From an uncultured Bacteriovoracaceae bacterium (lineage in GTDB: Bacteria > Bdellovibrionota > Bacteriovoracia > Bacteriovoracales > Bacteriovoracaceae): 64,000 nt of DNA. Positions 49,396 through 57,680 of this stretch are shown here, one piece after another; position 1 is the first letter of the stretch; each line of letters starts with the position of its first letter. The stretch lies in assembly GCA_964012805.1 (NCBI GenBank), contig CAXGUD010000006.1:64001-128000 (forward strand), in the 5' to 3' direction. The position numbers and the translations under genes are program-made. Below the pieces are notes generated by a model. That model did not search any database. It was given only the letters and a program-made list of their open reading frames with translations, and was not told where the DNA came from.

Positions 49396-49920
49396 TTATT
49401 TATAATTTTTTAAATATTTTTGAACTTCAGTATCAAAGCTTAAATCAAAGGCGGTTTGTCCATATTTATTTTTAATATTTCTATCTGCCTTTCCTTTTAA
49501 AAGGATCTTGACTACATCAATTTGATTATTTTTGGCTGCAATTATAAGAGCCGTATTTCCCTTATTGTCTTTTTGATTGATGTTCGCACCCGAATTTAAA
49601 AATAAGTTTACTGCTTCAAAATAACCGATCCTACTTGCCGCCATTAAGGGCGTTTCTCCTAGAGGGGATTTATGATTTATGTCAGCTCCATTTTTGATAA
49701 GTCCTTGAAGGGTCCTCAATGCTTTTTTTCTTTGAATTCTTGTAGACCGCCTCTGAATTTTGACTTTAGGCATACCCACAAGGTTTATTCGGGTCTCCCC
49801 TTTAGAAGCGATGTAAAATAAATCGCGGGTTAAAGGTGAGTTTGTAATTTTTTTTTGAGCATGGGTGTTGAAACAAAAGGTGCAAAAGAGAAAAACAAGA
49901 AGAACCGGTTTCATAGGCAT
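49396..49920 (-). CDS. exported ankyrin-repeat protein
   Basis: Signal peptide; GETPLMAA, GNTALIIAA, GQTAFD repeats. Confidence 0.9.
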   Translation of the reverse strand: MPMKPVLLVFLFCTFCFNTHAQKKITNSPLTRDLFYIASKGETRINLVGMPKVKIQRRSTRIQRKKALRTLQGLIKNGADINHKSPLGETPLMAASRIGYFEAVNLFLNSGANINQKDNKGNTALIIAAKNNQIDVVKILLKGKADRNIKNKYGQTAFDLSFDTEVQKYLKNYK

Positions 49921-49962
49921 TTCCTTTTTTTATTTTCATTTAATAGACTTTAACTGAATATA

Positions 49963-50946
49963 TTATTTAATTTTGATAAGCTTTTTTAAAGTTAAAATTG
50001 GTATAGAAATGCCTAAGAATGGAGTTAGGATATGCCTTATGATAGTTGCCAATATATTTTCATTCAAGTCGATAATTATTAAAAAATTTTTAAGAAGGAG
50101 CCTGATTGAGAAGAAAAGTATAAGGACAGAGAAAAAAAGGATTATCCTGTTTCTATAGGGGCCTGATTCTAACTTTTCAATTACATTAAAGTCTTTCATA
50201 GTAAATAGAAGTGTGTTGATTCCTAGAAAATAACACGAAATAAAGATGTCTGTAGTTGATAAAATAAAAAGGGTGGCAAAAGGAAACAAGAACAAGTAAA
50301 TCATTGAAAAATTTAAAAGAGGAGGGCGGAAGAGGAAAATCCATTTTACAATTTTTTGTTTAAAAATAAAAAGAGTTACAAGGCCTAGGATATAACCTCC
50401 AATAATATCTCCAATAAAATGGACGCCTAGATAAACTCTAGAAAAGGGAACTCCTATAATCATAAAAAGAGAAAGTAGTTTAATAATCCGATTGTCTTTA
50501 TAGGATATGTATAGGAACCCCCAAAAGCAGAGGCTCAAGGATGTATGCCCTGAAGGAAAACCATATTTGGGGTCCTTTAATTTCCTAAACTCATCAAGAA
50601 TATTTTCAGGAATAAGAGCAAAAAAGCTTTGTTGTTCGAATTCTTGAATTAGAGGAAACTTACTTTTTAAAAGGAAGGGGTCCAGTAATTGAACCGATCC
50701 ATCTAAGTAAAAAGGCCTTGGGTAAGAGAAAAAATCTTTTAAGAGGAAAGTTAAAAGGGCCCCAAAAAGTGTTAGATGTAAAATTTCCCAACCTTTCTTA
50801 TAATCGATACAGAAAAAAAGAATAAGAATAAAGACAATATAAAAAGTGGGATAGCCAATATAGGAAAGTGCTTGCATGACAATTGTCAGAGCAGGGGTTG
50901 AGAAGTCCTGAAGCCAGGTTATGGGAGTTGTCTGAAACATCTTCAT
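49963..50946 (-). CDS. PAP2 family membrane phosphatase
   Basis: KDFFSYPRP, FPSGH, SRVYLGVHFIGD; multiple TM segments. Confidence 0.92.
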   Translation of the reverse strand: MKMFQTTPITWLQDFSTPALTIVMQALSYIGYPTFYIVFILILFFCIDYKKGWEILHLTLFGALLTFLLKDFFSYPRPFYLDGSVQLLDPFLLKSKFPLIQEFEQQSFFALIPENILDEFRKLKDPKYGFPSGHTSLSLCFWGFLYISYKDNRIIKLLSLFMIIGVPFSRVYLGVHFIGDIIGGYILGLVTLFIFKQKIVKWIFLFRPPLLNFSMIYLFLFPFATLFILSTTDIFISCYFLGINTLLFTMKDFNVIEKLESGPYRNRIILFFSVLILFFSIRLLLKNFLIIIDLNENILATIIRHILTPFLGISIPILTLKKLIKIK

Positions 50947-51188
50947 TCCTAATAAAAAAGTAAAAACACTTCGTTTATGTTACTTTAATATTATTTTGAT
51001 TGAGAAACCTTTTTAGGAAATAAATATTTATTAAAATTTAAGAAATGCTTTGGTTCTTTTTAGATATTGTTTTAAAATAAAATTTTAACCGTCTTTATTA
51101 AATTTAAGGAAATTTTGTTGATAGTTTTTGTTTGACGTTGAAAGAGGATTAATTCCCCATCAAATACGCTCAGAGAAGGGCATTTTAA

Positions 51189-51458
51189 ATGACGAATGAA
51201 GAGTATTTTTCGGAAGTTTTAAGAGTCTGTAAGATCGTTGCTGCTCAGGATAACCTAGATGATTTTCTTAACTTTTTGGAAGTTTTGGATCGTAATTTAA
51301 AAAAAATGGATGAAGAAGAGGTGCAAAATCAAATTTCTATCGTGGTTGGATATTTGGCGCGGATTAGAAAAGAAAGGCTTGAATCTTTTGGTGTGCAAGA
51401 TAACTTTGGCCAAGGTAACAAAAAATTTTTGAAGTTTTTAAAAGAGTATAAGGAATAA
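51189..51458 (+). CDS. hypothetical protein
   Basis: 89-aa helical ORF followed by a terminator. Confidence 0.6.
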   Translation: MTNEEYFSEVLRVCKIVAAQDNLDDFLNFLEVLDRNLKKMDEEEVQNQISIVVGYLARIRKERLESFGVQDNFGQGNKKFLKFLKEYKE

Positions 51459-51467
51459 TGACTGATT

Positions 51468-51499
51468 AAAAAAAGGGAGGAGAATATCCTCCCTTTTTT
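51468..51499. terminator. bidirectional intrinsic terminator
   Basis: A7-GGGAGGA-GAATA-TCCTCCC-T6. Confidence 0.85.
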
Positions 51500-51517
51500 A
51501 ATTTTGTTTACACTTTT

Positions 51518-52336
51518 TTAGTTATTAAAAATCATATTGTTAACAACAGCTTTCATGCCTTCTGGAGAAACATTATTGTGAGCAGCGGCTTTTTCAATGA
51601 GGTTGTCAAAGCTTTTAACATCACCTTCAGCTAAAGAAGTGAAGGCTTCTTTTGCTGAAGTGTAGTCTGAGCCAAGAATCATGTTTGAAAAAGCATTCAT
51701 ATCTTTTTCTGTAAGGTTTCTTGATTTTTGGATTCTTTTAAAAGTAGAAAATGTTTTTGCAATTTTTTGTCCTCTTTCTTCGGAGAAACCGTAGTTGTTT
51801 ACAAGAACATCACCTAGAGCTTTTGAACTTTTGTTTTCAATAAGAGCGCCCATTGATTCAAGGTCTTTACCGAAGTTTGATTGCTCAGAAAATGTATATT
51901 CTGTGTCATTAATCTCTGTTAAGTAAGTATCAGTCACTGGATTGTATTCAATTTCCGTAAAAATCACAACTTCAGTATCATCCATATCCTGGTATTCATC
52001 TAAGTCATAATCAATTTCCTCAGAATTGAAAGTAACTCCAAAAGGCCTGGCATCCCATACTCTGTTTATATAAGTTTCCCAAGACCTCATAGGGTTATAA
52101 AGAGAGAGGTTAAAAACGCCTGCCTCAGATTCGATATCTTCAAGTTCACTTTCAACTTCTTTCCACTTTAGGGCAACATATGTTTGGCCATCATCTCCAA
52201 CAAAAGTGTCAATGACTTCAACATCATGATAACCGTCTTGGCGGTCTAATGAGTTAGCAAAAAGTTCTTCTTTGGAGACAGGATTGTTACAACCCACTAA
52301 CGCGAAGAGAAGGGAAAGTATTAGAATCATTTTCAT
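51518..52336 (-). CDS. acidic hypothetical lipoprotein (start ATG 52336)
   Basis: AGGAG RBS before MKMILILS; lipobox LVGC; KDLESMGA and YGFSEERG motifs. Confidence 0.75.
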   Translation of the reverse strand: MKMILILSLLFALVGCNNPVSKEELFANSLDRQDGYHDVEVIDTFVGDDGQTYVALKWKEVESELEDIESEAGVFNLSLYNPMRSWETYINRVWDARPFGVTFNSEEIDYDLDEYQDMDDTEVVIFTEIEYNPVTDTYLTEINDTEYTFSEQSNFGKDLESMGALIENKSSKALGDVLVNNYGFSEERGQKIAKTFSTFKRIQKSRNLTEKDMNAFSNMILGSDYTSAKEAFTSLAEGDVKSFDNLIEKAAAHNNVSPEGMKAVVNNMIFNN

Positions 52337-52538
52337 AAAGTTTCTCCTGATCAAAATTTTTAAGGATTTATCTTTATAAAAAAGGTTGTTTATTATCAAC
52401 AGAAAAGGAGCAAAAGCTTATTACAATGGACGTTAAAAGAATTTAATAGTAAAAGTTTAATCAAAAGATAACTTTACTTTATTTTATTCAATTCAAACTT
52501 TTTTTACGTTTGCGTTAAAGTTTTCAATAAGTTTTTTT

Positions 52539-54233
52539 TTATTTCTCGAAGTCCCTTGGTGAGCGGGGATTATCTTGCTCTCCGTTAACAAAAAGAAGAG
52601 TTGTTCCCGTTACCAAATTTGTGTTTTCTATGTCTCCGACCAGCTCTGGATAACTGATGATGTCAAAGTTTGAAAAGGGCCCTAAAAACGCCTTGTTATT
52701 ACCTGGCATATCGGAGTAGTAAGCAGGAAGTCCTGTTAAAATTGTTTCAAGGTTTTTACTCCCTCCCTTGGCCTTAAAATACTTTTTATTATAGTAGGAA
52801 TAAGTACTGCACCCATTAAAGAAGATAATTTGGTAATTCTTTTTAAATTGAAGTTTAGGTACATTCACCTCCTTCAATCTTATATTCATGCCGTCTAAGT
52901 CAAGGTTTGCTCCAAGCCCTGAATGGCCATTATAACTAATAACTTCGTATTCCTCGATGGACTTTTTCCAAAAGAGAGGGAAAGTCGCATCGGGAGAAGC
53001 AATGTCGGTATCTGTAATCAGCATATCTAAGATGGCAACCTTATTTCCTTTAAGCTTCTTTTCATAACGGGCAAAATTATTGAGACCTGGAAGGTTCTTT
53101 TTCTTTTTAATTTTGTGATAGCCCAAAGAGAACCATTTCCTCTCCTCAATTTTCTTAAAGTTGAGTTCCTTTAAAACGTCTTGCATTTCATCCCAATTTT
53201 CCATTCCCACATCAAGGGTTGGCCTTTTCCCTTCATCCTCATTATTTTTTAAAAACTGATTAATTTTCATATCGCTATTTTTTGATGAAATGAGAGTCTT
53301 AAGAGTTTCGAGCTTTTCTTTAATAGAGCTAGAGGTTATTTTTCCAGAAGCATTTTTCCAGTTCATATGGTTATTATAACCAATAAGGACAATCATTTTA
53401 ATTTGGTTGTCTTTATAGAGTTTGTTAAAGTCTGGATAGTGTGAAATGCTCTTCTCGTAATGTTTGGGTTTTCTAAACTTAACATCAACCTCTACTGTTC
53501 TTCTTTTTTGGTTCATCCATTCATAACAACCTTCTTTATAGGGGTCATAAAAGTACCAATAGTCACCAAAGCCTGAATAGTGATCATCAGTGCACCCTTT
53601 GTGATAAATCTTACTTTCTTTTGTGGTGGATGGAAGATGAGTTGTGATAATGGTTTCCTGAATTCCCCTTCTTTTGGAAGAGTTCTTTAGGATATCTTTT
53701 GAGATAAGGGCCTTGGTGAAATAGTACTTATAGCCGACTATTAATTTTTTACTTTCTACGCCCTTTATTGTAATTCCTCCTACAATATGATTTTCTCCTA
53801 AAACTCCAGCGGCGCCTTTTTTTACATCAAGGGCCTCGGAATAACCAGGGGATTGTAAAATGCCGTAGAGGTAGCTGGTTTGTTCGATAATTTGACCCCT
53901 AATAAATGCTCTTAGCTTTTGGGCCTTCTTTTTTCCTTTAAATTGAATTTTAATTTTATTCCTAGAAAGTAACTTCATTCCTTTTTTCAACTTAATTTTT
54001 TCCTTACCTAATAGAAAGTTTACCTTCTTTAGGTCTAGGTAAACATCAATCTCACCATTTTCAATTCTTAAAATAACCTCTTCGGCATGAGTTAATTTAA
54101 GGAGGTCGGCATCGTTGTTTCCAATAGGACTTTTTTTATCCGGCCCTGTTGTCACCGAAGCTGGAAGGCGGAATGCCCAGAGAGAATGAATATTGAAAAG
54201 GACAAAAAGGACTACCAAGATTACGTTTTTCAA
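52539..54233 (-). CDS. secreted protein with a C-terminal putative clan CD (caspase/gingipain-like) His-Cys domain
   Basis: Signal peptide; VISYNGHSGLG and YQIIFFNGCSTY motifs; YWYFYDP...GC. Confidence 0.6.
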   Translation of the reverse strand: MKNVILVVLFVLFNIHSLWAFRLPASVTTGPDKKSPIGNNDADLLKLTHAEEVILRIENGEIDVYLDLKKVNFLLGKEKIKLKKGMKLLSRNKIKIQFKGKKKAQKLRAFIRGQIIEQTSYLYGILQSPGYSEALDVKKGAAGVLGENHIVGGITIKGVESKKLIVGYKYYFTKALISKDILKNSSKRRGIQETIITTHLPSTTKESKIYHKGCTDDHYSGFGDYWYFYDPYKEGCYEWMNQKRRTVEVDVKFRKPKHYEKSISHYPDFNKLYKDNQIKMIVLIGYNNHMNWKNASGKITSSSIKEKLETLKTLISSKNSDMKINQFLKNNEDEGKRPTLDVGMENWDEMQDVLKELNFKKIEERKWFSLGYHKIKKKKNLPGLNNFARYEKKLKGNKVAILDMLITDTDIASPDATFPLFWKKSIEEYEVISYNGHSGLGANLDLDGMNIRLKEVNVPKLQFKKNYQIIFFNGCSTYSYYNKKYFKAKGGSKNLETILTGLPAYYSDMPGNNKAFLGPFSNFDIISYPELVGDIENTNLVTGTTLLFVNGEQDNPRSPRDFEK

Positions 54234-54273
54234 AGAAACCTTCCTTCATAAAAAAATAAAACATTAGTTGATC

Positions 54274-54300
54274 TAATCGGTTTGTTTTTCTTTTGGTTTA
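54274..54300 (-). promoter_or_regulatory. sigma-28-like promoter
   Basis: Minus strand TAAA-N15-ACCGATTA about 40 bp upstream of the 54233 start. Confidence 0.6.
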
Positions 54301-54516
54301 ACGAAAAAAGAGCTTCTCTTTAGGGCCTTCTTGTTAGGGGCGTTTATTAAATCTTCTTTATTTAAAGTCATTTTTAGCTTTTTTGTCTTGGTGCGCAAGC
54401 AACTAAAATGAGGAGGGTATAACGCTTCATGTTTCGATTTAGTGACACTGGTATCACTTTATTGGTCATTTTTTGGCACCAAACCCTCTCTTTTAGTCAT
54501 ATTAAACACATTTTTT

Positions 54517-54533
54517 TTGGCATTAGTTTTGCT
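54517..54533 (+). promoter_or_regulatory. sigma-54 (-24/-12) promoter
   Basis: TTGGCATTAGTTTTGCT, exact GG-N10-GC spacing, ending 46 bp before the ATG at 54580. Confidence 0.75.
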
Positions 54534-54579
54534 TAAAGAATAAGCACAAAACAAAAAATCTAGAAAGGAGTTTGAAATT

Positions 54580-55203
54580 ATGAAAAAAATACTATCTCTC
54601 GTCTTTGCATTATTGATGGTTGGAAGTGTTGAAGCGGCACGGTCTATTGAAGCCGGGCCTATCTGGTCAAATGACCATGCCCAAAGAGTATGTCCACGGG
54701 TTTGTGACAGAAATGATATGGACTGGCAAGGCCAGTGGTGGACAACAAGGCAAGGACAAATGTCTGTGTGTCAGTGTGAAGATCGTTATAATACTCCAAG
54801 AAGACCTCATAGACCAAGACCCGGTTACGGAAATGACGTAAGACGTTTTGAATTAGATTTTAATCAACATAGAGTTTTCAGAGGAGAGAACACTATTGGC
54901 CTAAGAAGAATGTTAAGAGACCAGTACGGAATTAATAGCAAGCGTTTTAACCTTAAAAAAGTTGTTTTAGTTGCTAAATCAGCTCGTGGTAGAGGACTCG
55001 CTTACTTAACTGTTGGTGACTTTTCTTCTTTCGAAGAAACTATAAATGGAAACAGATATGACTTTGATTCAAGAGGTGGTTTTGACAGAGTTCGTTTTAG
55101 AAGCCCAAAAAGAAACTCTCGTGGACCATGGCAACTACACCTTCGTGGTAAAATCAAAATCAAAAAGATTATTCTTAAGCTAGAAAGAAGAAATCGTAGA
55201 TAA
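54580..55203 (+). CDS. secreted protein: MVL-type mannan-binding lectin domain + basic beta-sandwich domain
   Basis: Signal peptide; IEAGPIWSNDHAQRVCPRVC...WQGQWWTT...MSVCQC. Confidence 0.85.
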   Translation: MKKILSLVFALLMVGSVEAARSIEAGPIWSNDHAQRVCPRVCDRNDMDWQGQWWTTRQGQMSVCQCEDRYNTPRRPHRPRPGYGNDVRRFELDFNQHRVFRGENTIGLRRMLRDQYGINSKRFNLKKVVLVAKSARGRGLAYLTVGDFSSFEETINGNRYDFDSRGGFDRVRFRSPKRNSRGPWQLHLRGKIKIKKIILKLERRNRR

Positions 55204-55227
55204 TTTTTTAAAAAAAGATATGATGAG

Positions 55228-55254
55228 AAAAGGGGCCTTAAGGCCCCTTTTTTT
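55228..55254 (+). terminator. intrinsic terminator
   Basis: AAAAGGGGCC-TTAA-GGCCCC-T7. Confidence 0.88.
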
Positions 55255-55427
55255 ATTAAAACAAATTAAGACCATCCTTATTAAATAAAAACTCTTTTAT
55301 ACCTATTAATTAATGATTGCTTCCATCGGCTTCTTAGGAAAATGACTTTGGTACTTTGTCATTGTGAACTCTTCATAAGTTTAATTTTTTGGTTAATGAC
55401 ATATTTTGTTTAGACATATTTAAAAAG

Positions 55428-55471
55428 AAGAAAAGAATAAGAAAAGAATAAGAAAAGAATAAGAAAAGGAT
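55428..55471. repeat. 11-bp tandem repeat (AAGAAAAGAAT) x4
   Basis: Three perfect copies plus one copy with a single mismatch, upstream of the RDD gene. Confidence 0.9.
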
Positions 55472-55511
55472 GAGATAATAGGTTCACAGTAATAAACTTT
55501 GTTGGAGGTTT

Positions 55512-56117
55512 TTGATGGGCTTAAAAAAATTGGATGACCAAATTGAAAACGAAGAAAATGTTCAATCAGAAATCCCAAAAGGAGAGCCTGTAGGTCTTTT
55601 TCGAAGAGGTCTTGTGTATATTGTAGATGGGCTTCTTATTTCTATACCATTAGCTTGTGTTATTTTCATTTTAGCAGGCTCTGTTATAACAGGTTTAGAA
55701 GAGCTTAAATTGATAACGGCCCCCCCTGAAGGTAAAACAGACTCTACACATTAAATGGTTTCAGAAATTATAAGTGCAGTCTTTGTGATAGGTTTTGGTA
55801 CACTTTGGTATGGATGGTTTAATAAAAATAAAGGAGGGTCTCCTGGAAAAATTTTGGCAAAGATGCAACTTATTAACACAAAAACTGGAGAAAACCTAAC
55901 TTATGCTCAAACCTTTATGAGAGATGTCCTCTTCAAAGTTGTTTTTGCAATGGCTTTTACAGAGCTTTTAACTTTTTTAGTATCGGAGCAAGAGGCCCAA
56001 AGACTAGGAGGGGTTTATTACTTTATTATTGCGATCTTTATAGCCGTTAGGAAAGACAAAAAAGGCCTCCATGATATTCTGTGCAATACACAGGTTATCA
56101 GAAGGCCAAAAAAATAA
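55512..56117 (+). pseudogene. RDD family protein interrupted by an in-frame TAA (55752-55754)
   Basis: First ORF holds FRRGLVYIVD; second holds GGSPGK...R...GLHDILCNTQV; same frame, TAA immediately followed by ATG. Confidence 0.75.
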
Positions 56118-56131
56118 GTTAAAAAAGTGAC

Positions 56132-56737
56132 CTAAAGAAGAGTCGCTTTTTTAATGATAATTGGATTAACAGGAACATTAGCATGGTAGCCTGAGTTGCC
56201 AGTTTTAACCTTTTTCATTCTGTTAACAATACTCATTCCCTTAATGACTTTACCAAAAACAGCATAACCATAACCCGCTTGATTTTTGGCCTTGTGGTTT
56301 AAAAAAGTATTGTTACTTACATTAATAAAAAACTGGTTCGTGGCGCTATGAGGATCAGAAGTCCTTGCCATGGCAACAGTTCCTGATTCATTTAAAAGTC
56401 CATTGTCAGCTTCGTTTTTAATGGGCTTCATATTTGCTTTTGGCTTAAGGTCTTTATCTAGGCCTCCACCTTGAACCATAAAATTATCGATAACTCTATG
56501 AAAGACAGTTCCTTCATAAGTTCCTTTTTTAACGTAGGCCAAAAAGTTTTTTACTGTAATAGGGGCTTTTTTAGAGTCAAGCTCTAAAGTGATATCACCC
56601 ATTGTTGTTTTCAAAAGAACTTTTGGGTTACCTTTTGACGTTTTGGCCAAAAGATTTCCGTTAAGTCCAAGAATAAGAATTCCAAGAAAAAGGCCCTTTT
56701 TTAATGAGCGTAGAAATGCTGTCATGAATCCTCCCAT
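56132..56737 (-). CDS. ppiA: periplasmic cyclophilin-type peptidyl-prolyl isomerase
   Basis: APITVKNF, FHRVIDNFMVQGGG, AMART, ATNQFFIN, YAVFGKV; signal peptide. Confidence 0.93.
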   Translation of the reverse strand: MGGFMTAFLRSLKKGLFLGILILGLNGNLLAKTSKGNPKVLLKTTMGDITLELDSKKAPITVKNFLAYVKKGTYEGTVFHRVIDNFMVQGGGLDKDLKPKANMKPIKNEADNGLLNESGTVAMARTSDPHSATNQFFINVSNNTFLNHKAKNQAGYGYAVFGKVIKGMSIVNRMKKVKTGNSGYHANVPVNPIIIKKATLL

Positions 56738-56795
56738 GAATAGATAATTTCTTTAAAAGATAATGGGATAGATTATGCCATTATAAAGATATTTT

Positions 56796-57626
56796 TTATA
56801 GAGAAAATGTGGCCGTTACGGCGCGGTGGTCTGAAGGCCATGGGTTTCCCCCTACAGGGCCATCGTGGACGCTTGATGTCAAAATGTCTAGGGGACCTTT
56901 GAAGAAAATATAATCAATCCTATCTGAGGTTTCTTTGCTTGGCCTAAAGGGATTAGGAGTCCAGGTGTACCCCGGATGCGAAATAGCATTTGGAAACAAA
57001 GTCCTGTATGCATCTTTAAAGCCTTCTGTTTCAAGCATTTTTGTAACCGGTAGCTTTGTAGAGTGGAGCGTTCCTTTCCAGTCTATATGGGAAACAGTGT
57101 TAAGGTCACCGACCAGAAAAACGGGTGTCTCATCAAAATTAAACTTCTTTGATGAGATCTTTTTCATGACTTTTTTGAGCTCCCTTAAGCGGTGCCTTTC
57201 AAAAGGCTTTTTGCCATCTCTAACAAGGTAAGGGGTGTAGGGGTAAGGAGGTAAGTGAACATTAAAAAAACCTATTATTTCCTTTTCTTTCCCACTCACT
57301 TCTTTTGGTATTTGAATAAGGACTCCGTCTCTTTTTTTAAGCCCTCTTTTTTTAATTTTTTCTACAATCGGAAACTTTGAAAGGACACTGCTTAGCTGAT
57401 CAAAATGATAATCAAGTTGAATGGCGATTTTTTTTAAGGAAAAATCGGCTTCTTGAATACCCACAATGTCAGGGTTTTCTCTTTTAATAAATTCAATGAC
57501 TGCTGGTAGTCGGCCCAGACCACCGCGTTTGATATTGAAGCTCATGACTTTAAGCTCATAAGCACAAAGCTCTCCTGTTCTAAGAATAAATCCTAGAAGG
57601 ATGCCAAAAACTAAAAATTTTTTCAT
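56796..57626 (-). CDS. secreted endonuclease/exonuclease/phosphatase (EEP) family protein
   Basis: MSFNI, GIQE, NVHL, GDLN, DRIDYIF, PSDH; signal peptide. Confidence 0.9.
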   Translation of the reverse strand: MKKFLVFGILLGFILRTGELCAYELKVMSFNIKRGGLGRLPAVIEFIKRENPDIVGIQEADFSLKKIAIQLDYHFDQLSSVLSKFPIVEKIKKRGLKKRDGVLIQIPKEVSGKEKEIIGFFNVHLPPYPYTPYLVRDGKKPFERHRLRELKKVMKKISSKKFNFDETPVFLVGDLNTVSHIDWKGTLHSTKLPVTKMLETEGFKDAYRTLFPNAISHPGYTWTPNPFRPSKETSDRIDYIFFKGPLDILTSSVHDGPVGGNPWPSDHRAVTATFSL

Positions 57627-57680
57627 GGGCGGAATTTAAAGCTTCATAAGATAAATGTCAAAATAAACCTAACAAAAAGT

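Noticed and set aside
54473..54490. Second sigma-54 promoter (TTGGCAC)
   Set aside because: No GC at the -12 position
55428..55471. CRISPR array
   Set aside because: 11-bp head-to-tail repeats with no spacers and no cas genes
55752..55754. Alternative genetic code or stop-codon reassignment
   Set aside because: All other genes terminate normally at TAA, TAG or TGA; this is an isolated case
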